A stretch of DNA of 59,212 nt from a virus (Duplodnaviria > Caudoviricetes): the IMG/VR virus record IMGVR_UViG_3300020391_000001, positions 1 through 59,212 of that record, one strand, 5' to 3'. A program made the position numbers and the translations under genes. Below the pieces are notes generated by a model, which saw only the letters and a list, made by a program, of their open reading frames with translations, did no database searches and was not told where the DNA came from. The stretch's first letter is position 1. Every line of letters starts with the position of its first letter. Below are positions 29,955 through 39,815 of this stretch, piece after piece.

Positions 29955-30749
29955 ATGAAAATAAGAGACGGACAATCGAACGAAGTAGCGATTAAAAAAG
30001 AAGCAGGAGCACTTGCATCAGTTGATATTGAACAATTTGCTGATTCTGGTTTTGATAATGTAGATTCAAAGAGTTTAGCATTACCATTCCTTAAAGTTCT
30101 TGGTCAATTATCACCACAAGTAACTATGGGTGATAGTAATTTTATAGAGGAGGCAAGACCAGGAATGATTTATAATACAGTGACTGATCAACTATTTGAT
30201 GGTTCAAAAGGTATTAAGGTTATACCTTGTTATTATAAGTTGGAGTACATTGAATGGAGAGATAGAGGCCAGGAGGGTAGCTCTGCTCCAATAAATGTAT
30301 ATCCTGCAGACTCAGACATTATGAGTAAAACCACTAGAGGTGATGATGGTAAAGATAGACTTGAAAACGGTAATTACATCGAGGAGACAGCCTCTCACTA
30401 TGTAATGATTGTAGAAGAGGATAAATCATCAACAGCTTTAATTACTATGAAATCCACACAAAGAAAAAAATCAAAGAAGTGGAATTCAATGATGATGTCT
30501 TTAAGGCAGAAAAAAAAGGATGGCAAAGGATTCTTTAAACCTGCTCCATTTACTCAAAACTACTTGATGAAGACAGTTCTAGAGAAGAACAATCTTGGAT
30601 CATGGTATGGTTGGGAGATTGAGCATATAGGCACTGTGGAGAGCGAAGAAACAATAAAAGCAGCTTTTGAGTTTTATGGAACTTGTAAAAAAGGTGCAGT
30701 TAAAGTTAACCACGGAAAAGAAGAATCGGTAGAAAAAACTCCATTTTAA
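29955..30749 (+). CDS. Putative ssDNA-binding / annealing protein
   Basis: LPFLKVL..LSPQ, MKSTQ.K.SKKWNS; C-terminal ...TPF; lies before the primase. Confidence 0.55.
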   Translation: MKIRDGQSNEVAIKKEAGALASVDIEQFADSGFDNVDSKSLALPFLKVLGQLSPQVTMGDSNFIEEARPGMIYNTVTDQLFDGSKGIKVIPCYYKLEYIEWRDRGQEGSSAPINVYPADSDIMSKTTRGDDGKDRLENGNYIEETASHYVMIVEEDKSSTALITMKSTQRKKSKKWNSMMMSLRQKKKDGKGFFKPAPFTQNYLMKTVLEKNNLGSWYGWEIEHIGTVESEETIKAAFEFYGTCKKGAVKVNHGKEESVEKTPF

Positions 30750-30750
30750 T

Positions 30751-32322
30751 ATGGACCTACTTGACAAGACCCTGGAGGAGTTTGTAGAACTCTTTCAGGG
30801 ATCTTCTACATATTTTGGATGTTCTGCTCCTACTGGAAATAAAAATTCTAAAGGTAAAGCTGAGTTTAAACATTGGGTTGAACCTAAACCTATGACAAAG
30901 GATCATTGGGTTCAACACTTAAAAGGAGAAGCTTACTATGGATCAGTTCCCATTCGAGATGATAATACATGTAGTTGGGGGGTCATCGATGTTGATCGTT
31001 ATAATATACGCCATCAAGACGTTATATCCGTTATTCGTAAAAGAAAATACCCACTCGTCCCATTCAGATCAAAATCCAACGGACTCCATTTAATTTTATT
31101 TATCAAGGGTGTTGTTGAAGCATCTTCAATGAGAAAAAAATTAATTGAGATTGCGTCTGATTTAGGTATCAACGACACAACCACAGATATTTTTCCTGCA
31201 CAAGATGAAGTAGATTTAACTCCTGATGACTGGGATGAAAAAAGAAAAGGCAATTTCGTTAACCTTCCATATCAAAAAGCAAACATTCCTACACGAGTTG
31301 CAATGGATGATGAGTGTCAATCGATTAAAATAGAAGATCTATATAAGTTTGTTACAAAGTTTAGACTTACACCAGAAGAATTTAAAAAAATAAAAATATT
31401 TCAAGATGATGAAACAAAAGACTACCCACCTTGTGTTGTAAATTTTATGAAGAATAAAGTACAGAAAGGTGAGGGAAGAAATGATGCTATGTTTAATGTA
31501 GCAGTGTTAGCTAAAAAAATTAACCCAGATCCTGTTATGTATCAAGAGTGGACAAGAGACATGATGGATAAGGTTTGTAGTGAAAAACTTCACCCAAAAG
31601 AATTACAAAATATTTTTAAGGGTGTGGAAAACAAAGAGTATGCTTATAAATGTAAAACTTCTATTGCACGAATGCATTGTGTATCAAGTGAGTGTATTAG
31701 AAGAAAGCTTGGAATAGGTGCAAACGAGGCCTTGCCAGAAGTTGGTAAACTAATTAAAGTAAATTCATATCCAGAACCTTATTGGATACTACCTATTCAA
31801 GGTAAATCAATTAGACTATCAACAAAACAATTATATCAACAGCAACTATTAGGAGAACAGCTTTTAAATTATGATATTGTATGGCGACCCTTGAAGCCAA
31901 CTAAAAGAGATCCAGACCCTTATAGAGATTGGCTAGATGAACTTATTCAAAATAAACAAGACATGGAAGGATTTGATGCAGGAGAAGAAAGCAGCGATGT
32001 GTTTAATTCTAGGATGTCTAGATTTTTAGAAGACGTTGAAGATACTACAGAATTTGACCAGATTGATTCTGGTAATATATGGCGTGATGAAACAGAAATG
32101 CGTTTTAAATTAGAAACGTTTAGAGCATTTATGAAAAAAATGAGTTACAATTGGAATGAAAAAGAGTGCACAAGATTTTTAGAACAAGGTGGAGCAAAAC
32201 CAAAAGCCAAATTCAAAGGATTGCAATCAAGGCATTGGGTTGTTGTTTTACCAAAACAAAGCGAACATAAAAATAAAGATGTCAAATTTACTAAAGCAAA
32301 GGCTGCGTGGGAAGACAATTAA
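30751..32322 (+). CDS. Primase-polymerase (AEP-like) with PriCT-like domain
   Basis: IDVD, RSKSNGLH, NLPY, PPC...GEGRNDAMFN. Confidence 0.8.
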   Translation: MDLLDKTLEEFVELFQGSSTYFGCSAPTGNKNSKGKAEFKHWVEPKPMTKDHWVQHLKGEAYYGSVPIRDDNTCSWGVIDVDRYNIRHQDVISVIRKRKYPLVPFRSKSNGLHLILFIKGVVEASSMRKKLIEIASDLGINDTTTDIFPAQDEVDLTPDDWDEKRKGNFVNLPYQKANIPTRVAMDDECQSIKIEDLYKFVTKFRLTPEEFKKIKIFQDDETKDYPPCVVNFMKNKVQKGEGRNDAMFNVAVLAKKINPDPVMYQEWTRDMMDKVCSEKLHPKELQNIFKGVENKEYAYKCKTSIARMHCVSSECIRRKLGIGANEALPEVGKLIKVNSYPEPYWILPIQGKSIRLSTKQLYQQQLLGEQLLNYDIVWRPLKPTKRDPDPYRDWLDELIQNKQDMEGFDAGEESSDVFNSRMSRFLEDVEDTTEFDQIDSGNIWRDETEMRFKLETFRAFMKKMSYNWNEKECTRFLEQGGAKPKAKFKGLQSRHWVVVLPKQSEHKNKDVKFTKAKAAWEDN

Positions 32323-33889
32323 GATCTTTGGACCACCAGGCACAGGAAAAACAGAGAATCTTTTGAAGCGTGTAAAACGTTATCTAAAAAAAGGTTATTC
32401 ACCTGATGAAATATGTTACGTGTCTTTTACAAATAAAGCTGTCAATGAATGTGTAAGTAGAGTTAGACAAAAGTTCAAAGATTATGATGAAGATGCTTTT
32501 AAATATTTTAGAACTCTGCATTCGTTAGCAAGACAACAATTTGCTGAGATACCTGTGTTAGATCCAAAAGCAGATTTATTAATGTTTCATACACAATACG
32601 GGACTGTCAAAGTAGGTTACAAAGATACTTGGGATGATCAAAAAGTTTATAACAATTGGTCTCTTCAGATATATGACAGGGCAAGAAACATGAAAGTAGA
32701 TCCTGTGTGGTTATATAAACAACAACCTAGGAAGAATGTTAGGTTACAACAATTTAAATCTATTATTGCAGGATATGAACAATTTAAAACTATGGAATTA
32801 GAAAACGGACAACGGACACCAGATAGACTAGATTTTACTGATATGGTTCACAAATTTATAACTGATGGGCTTGTCATGCCTTTCAAGGTATTGATGGTTG
32901 ATGAAGCTCAAGATCTTACACCTCTACAATGGGACATGGTTGTTAAAATGTCTGAGGGTGTTGAACGAGTCTACATTGCAGGAGATGATGATCAAGCAAT
33001 TTACGAATGGAATGGTGCTGATGTTGTTCTATTCCAAACCTTTCCTGGCAGATCTTTGGTGTTAAAAAAATCTGTAAGACTTAATAAAAATATACATTTC
33101 TTTTCTAAATGTTTGTTAAATTCTATGGGTGATAACAGAGTGCCAAAAGAATTTTATTCTAACGATAAGGATGGTGCAGTGTATAGGTGGAATGGTTTAA
33201 AGAAAGTACCCTGGGACATGGATGGTAGTTGGATGGTGCTTGCAAGAATAAATGATGTAAAAAAAGAATTACAGACAGAGGCTAAAAATTTAGGATTGTA
33301 TTACCAAGATCAGAAAAACAATAAATCATTTGACCCGAATCAGTTTTATGCAATACAGCATTGGGAAAAAATTTGTGAGGGTGGCAGCGTTAATCGTGAA
33401 GAAGCTACAACCATGTATGAGTATTTACTAAACATAGACCACGGCTACCGGTCAACGGACAGTAAAAAATGGAGTTTTGCACACCCAAATCAAGTATTTA
33501 CTTTTGACGAATTACACTTAAGATGTGGTATGCGTGATGAAAAAGGTCCATGGAATCAAGTGTTTAAAAGAAAATTTAAAGATAAAGATAAGCAATACTT
33601 TCAAAAACTTATGGGTGAAGGCGTAGATCTAACACAACCACCTAAAATTATTATTGATACAATACACCAAGTAAAAGGTGGAGAGGCAGATAATGTTGTC
33701 CTGGCAAGTAAATGTAATTTCCCATCTCACTTCGATAAAAAAAATTTAGCAGATAAAATAAAAGAACTTAGAGTTTGGTATACAGGTGCTACAAGATCGA
33801 AACAAACGTTACATTTGTTAGGAACTTATCATCAATATAATTTTCCGTTAGGTAAATATTTCAAACAATATGAGGCAAACTATGTTTAG
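32279..33889 (+). CDS. UvrD/Rep-like SF1 helicase
   Basis: GPPGTGKT, VDEAQD, GDDDQAIY, TIHQVKGGE, YTGATR; ATG 32279 preferred over 32189. Confidence 0.92.
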   Translation: MSNLLKQRLRGKTIKIFGPPGTGKTENLLKRVKRYLKKGYSPDEICYVSFTNKAVNECVSRVRQKFKDYDEDAFKYFRTLHSLARQQFAEIPVLDPKADLLMFHTQYGTVKVGYKDTWDDQKVYNNWSLQIYDRARNMKVDPVWLYKQQPRKNVRLQQFKSIIAGYEQFKTMELENGQRTPDRLDFTDMVHKFITDGLVMPFKVLMVDEAQDLTPLQWDMVVKMSEGVERVYIAGDDDQAIYEWNGADVVLFQTFPGRSLVLKKSVRLNKNIHFFSKCLLNSMGDNRVPKEFYSNDKDGAVYRWNGLKKVPWDMDGSWMVLARINDVKKELQTEAKNLGLYYQDQKNNKSFDPNQFYAIQHWEKICEGGSVNREEATTMYEYLLNIDHGYRSTDSKKWSFAHPNQVFTFDELHLRCGMRDEKGPWNQVFKRKFKDKDKQYFQKLMGEGVDLTQPPKIIIDTIHQVKGGEADNVVLASKCNFPSHFDKKNLADKIKELRVWYTGATRSKQTLHLLGTYHQYNFPLGKYFKQYEANYV

Positions 33890-34085
33890 ACGATTAATAC
33901 TAGATGCGTTAGAAGATAGATACAACGCACAAATATCAGAGGCAGAGGCTACACTAAAAATTTATTTAGAAAAACCTGTAGCTATAGGAGAACATCCACA
34001 ACACGTTGATGAAGCAGATAAACTTATAGAAAAAATTTGTAATGCTGAGGAAAAATTAAGAACTTTACAGGCATTTAAATTATGA
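33870..34085 (+). CDS. Conserved small phage protein
   Basis: PVAIGEHPQH motif; coupled ORF. Confidence 0.7.
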   Translation: MRQTMFRRLILDALEDRYNAQISEAEATLKIYLEKPVAIGEHPQHVDEADKLIEKICNAEEKLRTLQAFKL

Positions 34086-34327
34086 GTGATAGAGATATGT
34101 TCGAAGATGCTTTTCCGCAAGATAAGCAAGTTGGGGGCAGTCATTATAAATTTTTTGAAATACAACCCTATGAGTTTATATCAAAAAACAAACTTTCTTT
34201 TTTTCAAGGTAACGTAATAAAATATGTCTGTAGATATTTATTTAAAAATAAAATTGAGGATCTTCAAAAAATTAAACATTATTGTGATTTAGAAATTTTG
34301 AGGCTAAAGGATGATAAAAAAAAATAA
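34082..34327 (+). CDS. DUF3310-family (T7 gp1.7-like nucleotide kinase) protein
   Basis: QVGGSHY...GNVIKYVCRY...EDLQKIKHY. Confidence 0.85.
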   Translation: MSDRDMFEDAFPQDKQVGGSHYKFFEIQPYEFISKNKLSFFQGNVIKYVCRYLFKNKIEDLQKIKHYCDLEILRLKDDKKK

Positions 34328-34446
34328 CAATGCACCATGGGCCAATATGAAATTAATGACTTCAATCAAAGAAACTCATTACAAATGGTGTAAAGACAAT
34401 GGAAGAGATACAAGTTGGTATAAAGAATTAAAAAAAGAATTGTTAT

Positions 34447-34620
34447 ATGGGAAAGAAAAAAAACGATCTAGTAAGATGTGAAAAGTGTAATCAACAAATT
34501 GCTATAATAATTTATGAATTATGTTATTTGTGTGCTGATTGTGCATTATTTAATATGGGAATACCTTTTAAAAAAATTATGGCTATTGAAGACAAAGGCT
34601 TAAGTAAGAGAAAACAATGA
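34447..34620 (+). CDS. Small zinc-finger protein (57 aa)
   Basis: CEKC...CADC; ATGA-coupled to the next ORF. Confidence 0.6.
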   Translation: MGKKKNDLVRCEKCNQQIAIIIYELCYLCADCALFNMGIPFKKIMAIEDKGLSKRKQ

Positions 34621-34712
34621 CAATTGGATATGGTTTAGGAATGTTAGGCATAAGTATAATTGCGTTAGCTATTGGAGCTACAATAGCTTATCTTATTATA
34701 AAAAAATTATGA
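34617..34712 (+). CDS. Small membrane peptide (31 aa)
   Basis: MTIGYGLGMLGISIIALAIGATIAYLIIKKL; ATGA overlaps. Confidence 0.6.
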   Translation: MTIGYGLGMLGISIIALAIGATIAYLIIKKL

Positions 34713-34843
34713 TCCACAAATTTAAATTTATTATTGTGGCCCTTGTATTTTGTTTGAGTCTATTAGGCTGCATAAAAGATTATGACATAAACCCAACAAC
34801 AACTATTATAAGAACATTAATCAAACATGACTCATCAACTTAA
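34709..34843 (+). CDS. Small putative lipoprotein (44 aa)
   Basis: Basic then hydrophobic signal ending in an LLGC lipobox. Confidence 0.55.
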   Translation: MIHKFKFIIVALVFCLSLLGCIKDYDINPTTTIIRTLIKHDSST

Positions 34844-36695
34844 TTTTATTTATAACGATAGCGATTGGATAGCACCTGCAGAATATCCTGATTTATCAAA
34901 AGCAACAGAAATAGCGATTGATTTAGAAACAAAAGATCCAAACATAAAAACAAAAGGACCAGGCTGGGCTACGTTTGATGGCCAAATAGTGGGTTTTGCA
35001 GTAGCTGCACTTGGTCAACAATGGTATTTTCCTATCGCACATGATGCAGGAGGCAATATGGATTTATCTATCACCTGCGCATTTATGCAGGACATTTTAA
35101 GATTACCAGCAACCAAAATTTTTCATAATGCAAGTTATGATGTGGGTTGGTTATTAGTAAATGGTTTTGAGATAAGAGGTAAAATTGTTGACACGATGAT
35201 TGCTGCAGCTTTAATTAACGAAAACAGATTTAGTTTTAGTCTGAATGCGTGTGCTAAAGATTATTTAGGTGAAATTAAAAATGAAACTTTTTTAAATGAA
35301 AAAGCTAAAGAGTGGGGTATAGATCCAAAAGCTGATTTGTGGAAACTACCTGCTGGTTACGTTGGTTTTTATGCCGAGCAGGATGCAGGACTTACTTTAA
35401 GATTATGGGAAAGATTTAAATCCGAGATATCTAAACAAAGTTTGAATGATGTTTGGGATATGGAAATGGAATTACTACCTATTTTAATTGAGACAAGAAG
35501 AACAGGAATAAGAGTTGACGAAGCACAAGCTGCTAAGTTAAAAAAGGAATTCAAACAGAAAGAGTCTGAGGTTTTATATCAAATAAAATCTCAGACCACA
35601 CTTGATGTAGATATATGGGCAGCAAGAAGTGTTGCTCAAGTGTTTGACAGGATAGGCGTTGAGTACCCACGGACACCAAAAAGTGATGAGCCAAGTTTTA
35701 CCCAAAACTGGTTAGTAAACTGTGATAACCCGATAGCCCAACTAATAAGAGAAGCAAGAGAAATAAATAAATTCCATTCAACATTCATAGACTCCATTCA
35801 ACGTTATGTTCATAAAGGTAGAATACATTCGGAAATAAATCAACTAAGATCTGATCAAGGAGGAACAGTGTCTGGTAGACTATCTTATTCAAATCCCAAC
35901 CTGCAGCAGATACCAGCTCGTAATAAAGAATTTGGAAATAAAATTAGAAGTTTGTTTCTACCTGAAGAAGGTAGGCAATGGGGTAGTTTCGACTACTCAC
36001 AACAAGAGCCTAGGCTTGTTGCTCACTACGCTGCATCGGTAGACAATACGTTTGAAGGTGCAGCGGAGTTTATCGAAGCTTACAAAAACGAATCAGCTGA
36101 TTTTCACCAAATAGTGGCTAATATGGCAGAAATAACAAGAACTCAGGCTAAAACTATTAATCTAGGGCTATTTTATGGTATGGGAAAGGCTAAATTAGGT
36201 AAAGAATTAGGCATTTCTAAGGATAAAGCTGAAAATTTGCTAAGACAATACGGAGAAAGAGTGCCTTTTGTTAAAAGATTAGCAACTGATGTGTCTAACT
36301 CTGCCTCAAAGTATGGCTTTATTCGAACAATAAAGGGTCGTAAATGCCGATTTGATATGTGGGAGCCCTCTACCTTCGGAATGAACAAAGCGATGCAATA
36401 CGAGGAGGCTAAGGCCATATATGGTAATAACATTAGAAGAGCCTTTACTTATAAGGCCTTAAATAGACTAATTCAAGGATCTGCTGCTGATCAAACAAAA
36501 CAAGCTATGATTAATTGTTACAAAGCAGGCTTCAAACCACTTTTACAAATTCATGATGAATTATGTTTTTCATTAAATAATGAAAATGATATAACACAAG
36601 TAAAGGAGATAATGGAAAATGCAATTGAAACACTTAAAGTCCCAAGCAAAGTCGATGTCGCGATCGGTAAAAGCTGGGGTGAAGCCAAAGAATAA
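34827..36695 (+). CDS. polA: DNA polymerase, family A, with 3'-5' exonuclease
   Basis: IDLET, FHNASYD, SGRLS..NPNLQQIP, DYSQQEPR, KTINLGLFYG, IQGSAAD, QIHDE. Confidence 0.96.
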   Translation: MTHQLNFIYNDSDWIAPAEYPDLSKATEIAIDLETKDPNIKTKGPGWATFDGQIVGFAVAALGQQWYFPIAHDAGGNMDLSITCAFMQDILRLPATKIFHNASYDVGWLLVNGFEIRGKIVDTMIAAALINENRFSFSLNACAKDYLGEIKNETFLNEKAKEWGIDPKADLWKLPAGYVGFYAEQDAGLTLRLWERFKSEISKQSLNDVWDMEMELLPILIETRRTGIRVDEAQAAKLKKEFKQKESEVLYQIKSQTTLDVDIWAARSVAQVFDRIGVEYPRTPKSDEPSFTQNWLVNCDNPIAQLIREAREINKFHSTFIDSIQRYVHKGRIHSEINQLRSDQGGTVSGRLSYSNPNLQQIPARNKEFGNKIRSLFLPEEGRQWGSFDYSQQEPRLVAHYAASVDNTFEGAAEFIEAYKNESADFHQIVANMAEITRTQAKTINLGLFYGMGKAKLGKELGISKDKAENLLRQYGERVPFVKRLATDVSNSASKYGFIRTIKGRKCRFDMWEPSTFGMNKAMQYEEAKAIYGNNIRRAFTYKALNRLIQGSAADQTKQAMINCYKAGFKPLLQIHDELCFSLNNENDITQVKEIMENAIETLKVPSKVDVAIGKSWGEAKE

Positions 36696-36758
36696 AAAAG
36701 AACTTGAGGGATATTACTTTGACGGCAAGAAGTTACATGTCTTATATAAAACAAAACG

Positions 36759-36872
36759 TTAATCTTCTTTTGTATCTTCTTCCTGTTGTTCTTCTTTTTC
36801 TAATTCCTTTTCTGCTTCTTCTCTCAATTTTCTTAGTTCTTTATAATAGTTTGGGTGTTTCCATTCAAACAT
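36759..36872 (-). CDS. Small acidic protein (37 aa)
   Basis: GGAG SD; MFEWKHPNYYKELRKLREEAEKELEKEEQQEEDTKED. Confidence 0.6.
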   Translation of the reverse strand: MFEWKHPNYYKELRKLREEAEKELEKEEQQEEDTKED

Positions 36873-37001
36873 TTTTGCTCTCCTTATTTTTTTTTTTATT
36901 ACCTATTATACCACGAGCAAATTTTAAGATTTTTATTTTATTGAATAGTAGACGACTCACAATCGCAGGGGTTCAATACTGGATGCGACAACGAATGCTT
37001 T

Positions 37002-37478
37002 TTAATGTTTTTCAAAATTTATTTTAAAAGCTAGTGAAATTCGTACTCCTTCGATAGGTGCAACACCTTTGTGTAATTTTTTAGAATCAAAAATTATTAA
37101 TCTATTTTGAACAAATTTAATTACTTCTTCATCTTTGATAATAAATTGACCTTTCTCTTTCAAATTTTCGCTTACCATTAATAAACAAGTAACATCACAC
37201 TTATCATAGTGAAAGGAACCTTCCATGTTTGGATGTTGAATATTTGCATAAACTTCATCTATTAAAATATTTTTAGTAAAAAAATTTTTTAATTTACTTA
37301 TTAAGTAAAGACTAAATGGTTCATAAGTGTTTAATTTAGAAATATAAAAATAATTGTTCTTATCCCCTGAATGAGACCTTTGACAAAAAAAATGAGGAGC
37401 AGAGTGTAGAAAAAAAGAATGTAAAAAATTAATTAAATCTTTTTCCAACCAATCGTCTATAATTTGAGTTTTAATCAT
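37002..37478 (-). CDS. 2OG-Fe(II) oxygenase (prolyl-hydroxylase-like)
   Basis: IIDDWL, FHYD, NRLIIFDSKKLHKG, RISLAFK. Confidence 0.85.
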   Translation of the reverse strand: MIKTQIIDDWLEKDLINFLHSFFLHSAPHFFCQRSHSGDKNNYFYISKLNTYEPFSLYLISKLKNFFTKNILIDEVYANIQHPNMEGSFHYDKCDVTCLLMVSENLKEKGQFIIKDEEVIKFVQNRLIIFDSKKLHKGVAPIEGVRISLAFKINFEKH

Positions 37479-37530
37479 TTTTATTTAGAGCGCATTAGTC
37501 TTAGGAAGAAAATTAGTTTTTTTAAAAAGC

Positions 37531-37719
37531 TTAACCTGCTTTTCGTAAAAGATCAACTTTTGCATCAATAACACTTTGTTCATTGATTTTGACCTTTACA
37601 TCTTTAAGTTCAATGTCGATCCACTTCATGTCAGTAGTCACTCTACCCTGAGACAATGCCTGTGTTGCCCACTTGGATTCCAACTGAAGTTTTTTCGCCA
37701 CTAGTTGTTGTAGAGACAT
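37531..37719 (-). CDS. Hypothetical protein
   Basis: GAGG SD; part of the minus-strand cluster. Confidence 0.6.
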   Translation of the reverse strand: MSLQQLVAKKLQLESKWATQALSQGRVTTDMKWIDIELKDVKVKINEQSVIDAKVDLLRKAG

Positions 37720-37909
37720 CTCTATCTACCTCTTCAAAGGTTAAGATTAAAATGTTGGGATCATGGAAACCAGCACCTTCAATCTCTGTTACAACTCTTG
37801 AATCAACCCTTTTTAAAAAACACTCAAGAGCGGCCTCATCGTTCTCAGCCTCAAGCATCTCATTAATATATATATTTTTATAGTTTGCTTGGACGCGATA
37901 TAGCTTCAT
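37643..37909 (-). CDS. Hypothetical protein
   Basis: TATAAT just upstream; minus-strand cluster. Confidence 0.6.
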   Translation of the reverse strand: MKLYRVQANYKNIYINEMLEAENDEAALECFLKRVDSRVVTEIEGAGFHDPNILILTFEEVDRDVSTTTSGEKTSVGIQVGNTGIVSG

Positions 37910-37944
37910 GGAGTATTATATAACAAAATGTGACCACATTGCAA

Positions 37945-38220
37945 CTATGTAGCTTTGCCTTTTGGTTTTGGGGGTGGGACGACAGGTTCTTTTAATTCAA
38001 TTGGTTTGCATTCAAATTTTATAGCTATTCTGCTATTTTCTATATACTCACTGGTAAAGTCTTCAATTCGCTCTAATTCTCTAAAAGTGCCATAGGCAAT
38101 ACGATAACCAAATTCTATGCATTCTGTATGAGTATTAAAAGAATGCCCAGTGTAATTGTATGACGGACACTGGCCACTAAGCATAGAGCACATATATAAA
38201 ACCATGTAAAATTTAGTCAT
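37945..38220 (-). CDS. Hypothetical Cys-containing exported protein
   Basis: Hydrophobic N-terminus; four Cys; Pro-rich tail. Confidence 0.6.
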   Translation of the reverse strand: MTKFYMVLYMCSMLSGQCPSYNYTGHSFNTHTECIEFGYRIAYGTFRELERIEDFTSEYIENSRIAIKFECKPIELKEPVVPPPKPKGKAT

Positions 38221-38290
38221 AATATCCTTGCATATCCCATGAAAATAATTATATTAGGAGTATTAATAATAATAACAAAGAGGAGGCCGC

Positions 38291-38554
38291 ATGGCAATAG
38301 TGACAAACAGTTCAACATCAAGCACGGTTAAATATCAAGAACCACTTAAACTAACACCAGACCTTGAAGCCACAGATTTAGATGTAGCATTAGATAATCT
38401 TGCAAAAACTTTGGCAGGACTTTTAAAAAACATGGATGAGTTACAAACTAATCTGACTAAACTTACAGAACAAAATAAAAGATTAAAAAAAGCTGTGGTG
38501 CAATTATCAGATAGTCCAATGCAAGATTTGGAGAAGATACTTAATGAAAAGTAA
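38291..38554 (+). CDS. Coiled-coil hypothetical protein
   Basis: AGGAGG SD; downstream of a TTGCAT..TATATT promoter. Confidence 0.7.
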   Translation: MAIVTNSSTSSTVKYQEPLKLTPDLEATDLDVALDNLAKTLAGLLKNMDELQTNLTKLTEQNKRLKKAVVQLSDSPMQDLEKILNEK

Positions 38555-38798
38555 ATCCGAAACTTTTAAAAATTGGTGTCAACAGGTTGACAAGATTTTA
38601 GATCAATTACCTGCGCATGCAGTTAGTGGGCAACCATTAGAATATGCAGATGACGATTTTCAAAATTGTATGAAAAGATTACAACAATGTTCATTAAAGT
38701 TTGAAGATATGCCTATCTATATAATTAATGAAAAGGTAGCATCTGAACTTGTATATGATCAATTAAAAGGATTAGAAGATGAACAACCTGATTATTAA
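38544..38798 (+). CDS. Hypothetical protein
   Basis: GGAG SD; coupled ORF. Confidence 0.65.
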   Translation: MKSKSETFKNWCQQVDKILDQLPAHAVSGQPLEYADDDFQNCMKRLQQCSLKFEDMPIYIINEKVASELVYDQLKGLEDEQPDY

Positions 38799-38886
38799 AA
38801 CAATTATTTGTGCATTGTTGTTTTTAATACCAGCGAAAATTTTATTAGTAATTTTTGGTGGTTTGTATTACATAACATTTTTTTAA
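38779..38886 (+). CDS. Small membrane peptide (35 aa)
   Basis: MNNLIIKTIICALLFLIPAKILLVIFGGLYYITFF fills the gap. Confidence 0.5.
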   Translation: MNNLIIKTIICALLFLIPAKILLVIFGGLYYITFF

Positions 38887-38895
38887 GGAGAAAAT

Positions 38896-39108
38896 ATGGA
38901 CATAAACAAATGGAAGTCTTGTGCAGTTGATATCGAATCATATACAATAATTAGAGCGATGGGTTCAAATGGTTTTAGAAGACCAGGCAATATGATTGCA
39001 AAGTTGGTAGACGAAGAGATTAAGAAGATAGCAAAGAAAGAGGGCATACCTTATGCTAAAATGAAAGAGAACTTACTTAATCAAGGAAAGAAACTCTTGA
39101 ATGGGTAA
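38896..39108 (+). CDS. Small protein, possible ribbon-helix-helix regulator
   Basis: AAGGAG SD; KWKSCAV strand followed by two predicted helices. Confidence 0.55.
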   Translation: MDINKWKSCAVDIESYTIIRAMGSNGFRRPGNMIAKLVDEEIKKIAKKEGIPYAKMKENLLNQGKKLLNG

Positions 39109-39122
39109 TAGCCTCCACTGGC

Positions 39123-39154
39123 GAAAAGGGGTCGGGAGACTGGCCCTTTTTTTT
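39123..39154 (+). terminator. Rho-independent terminator
   Basis: AAAAGGGGTCGG-GAGA-CTGGCCCTTTT plus a T run. Confidence 0.85.
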
Positions 39155-39155
39155 C

Positions 39156-39184
39156 TTGCAATTAAATTTCAAATAAAATAATAA
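39156..39184 (+). promoter_or_regulatory. Sigma70-like promoter
   Basis: TTGCAA-17 nt-TATAAT. Confidence 0.7.
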
Positions 39185-39291
39185 TCAATTACGTATTCCT
39201 AAGCCTAAATGAGATAAGTGGGGCTTTCAAAACACTTTATTTTCACCGAACAACGAATCATAAAATTAACTTTTAATAAAAGGATTATTTT

Positions 39292-39543
39292 GTGGGTAAA
39301 GCTGTAAAAAAAGGCAGCGAAGAAGCATTAAATCAAGCTTTGGACAAGCTAGTAATGGTGTGTCCAAATAAAAAAACTTATGATGAGTTAACAAGTTTGA
39401 TGTTTCAGTTGTATTGTGGAAATGACTTTGGTTTAGGAAATTTTAGTCTTTCTTTCCTTGATAAGATCGAGGATAGATGGCGATCAGGACGTAAAACTGC
39501 TGCGCAAGCTAAAGGCATAAAACTGGTCGTTAAAAATGTATAA
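39292..39543 (+). CDS. Hypothetical protein
   Basis: GTG start with AAGGA SD. Confidence 0.65.
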   Translation: MGKAVKKGSEEALNQALDKLVMVCPNKKTYDELTSLMFQLYCGNDFGLGNFSLSFLDKIEDRWRSGRKTAAQAKGIKLVVKNV

Positions 39544-39581
39544 CCACGGTGTAATTTTTCCATATCATCTTTTCCCGCATC

Positions 39582-39815
39582 GTGGTTATGCGAATGAATA
39601 CAAAAGTCTCTAATAGATTATTAAAGCATTCTATTGTTCTGCTCACCGTTATGACAGGTGAAGAGAAGATGAACTATTTAGAACGTATGTGGGATTTGTA
39701 TATCGAGGTATACACCACTCCTAAATTTAGAAAAAAACCTTCACGGACTTATGAGATGGATAAATTAAAAGCTTATGACTTGTGCTCCAAGCTTACTAAA
39801 ATTTTTGGGCATTAA
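39582..39815 (+). CDS. Hypothetical protein (start uncertain)
   Basis: Fills the gap in a + strand operon. Confidence 0.5.
   Translation: MVMRMNTKVSNRLLKHSIVLLTVMTGEEKMNYLERMWDLYIEVYTTPKFRKKPSRTYEMDKLKAYDLCSKLTKIFGH

Noticed and set aside
36704-37027. Hydrophobic + strand ORF as a membrane protein
   Set aside because: It is the antisense shadow of a purine-rich minus-strand ORF (36759..36872) that has a good SD.
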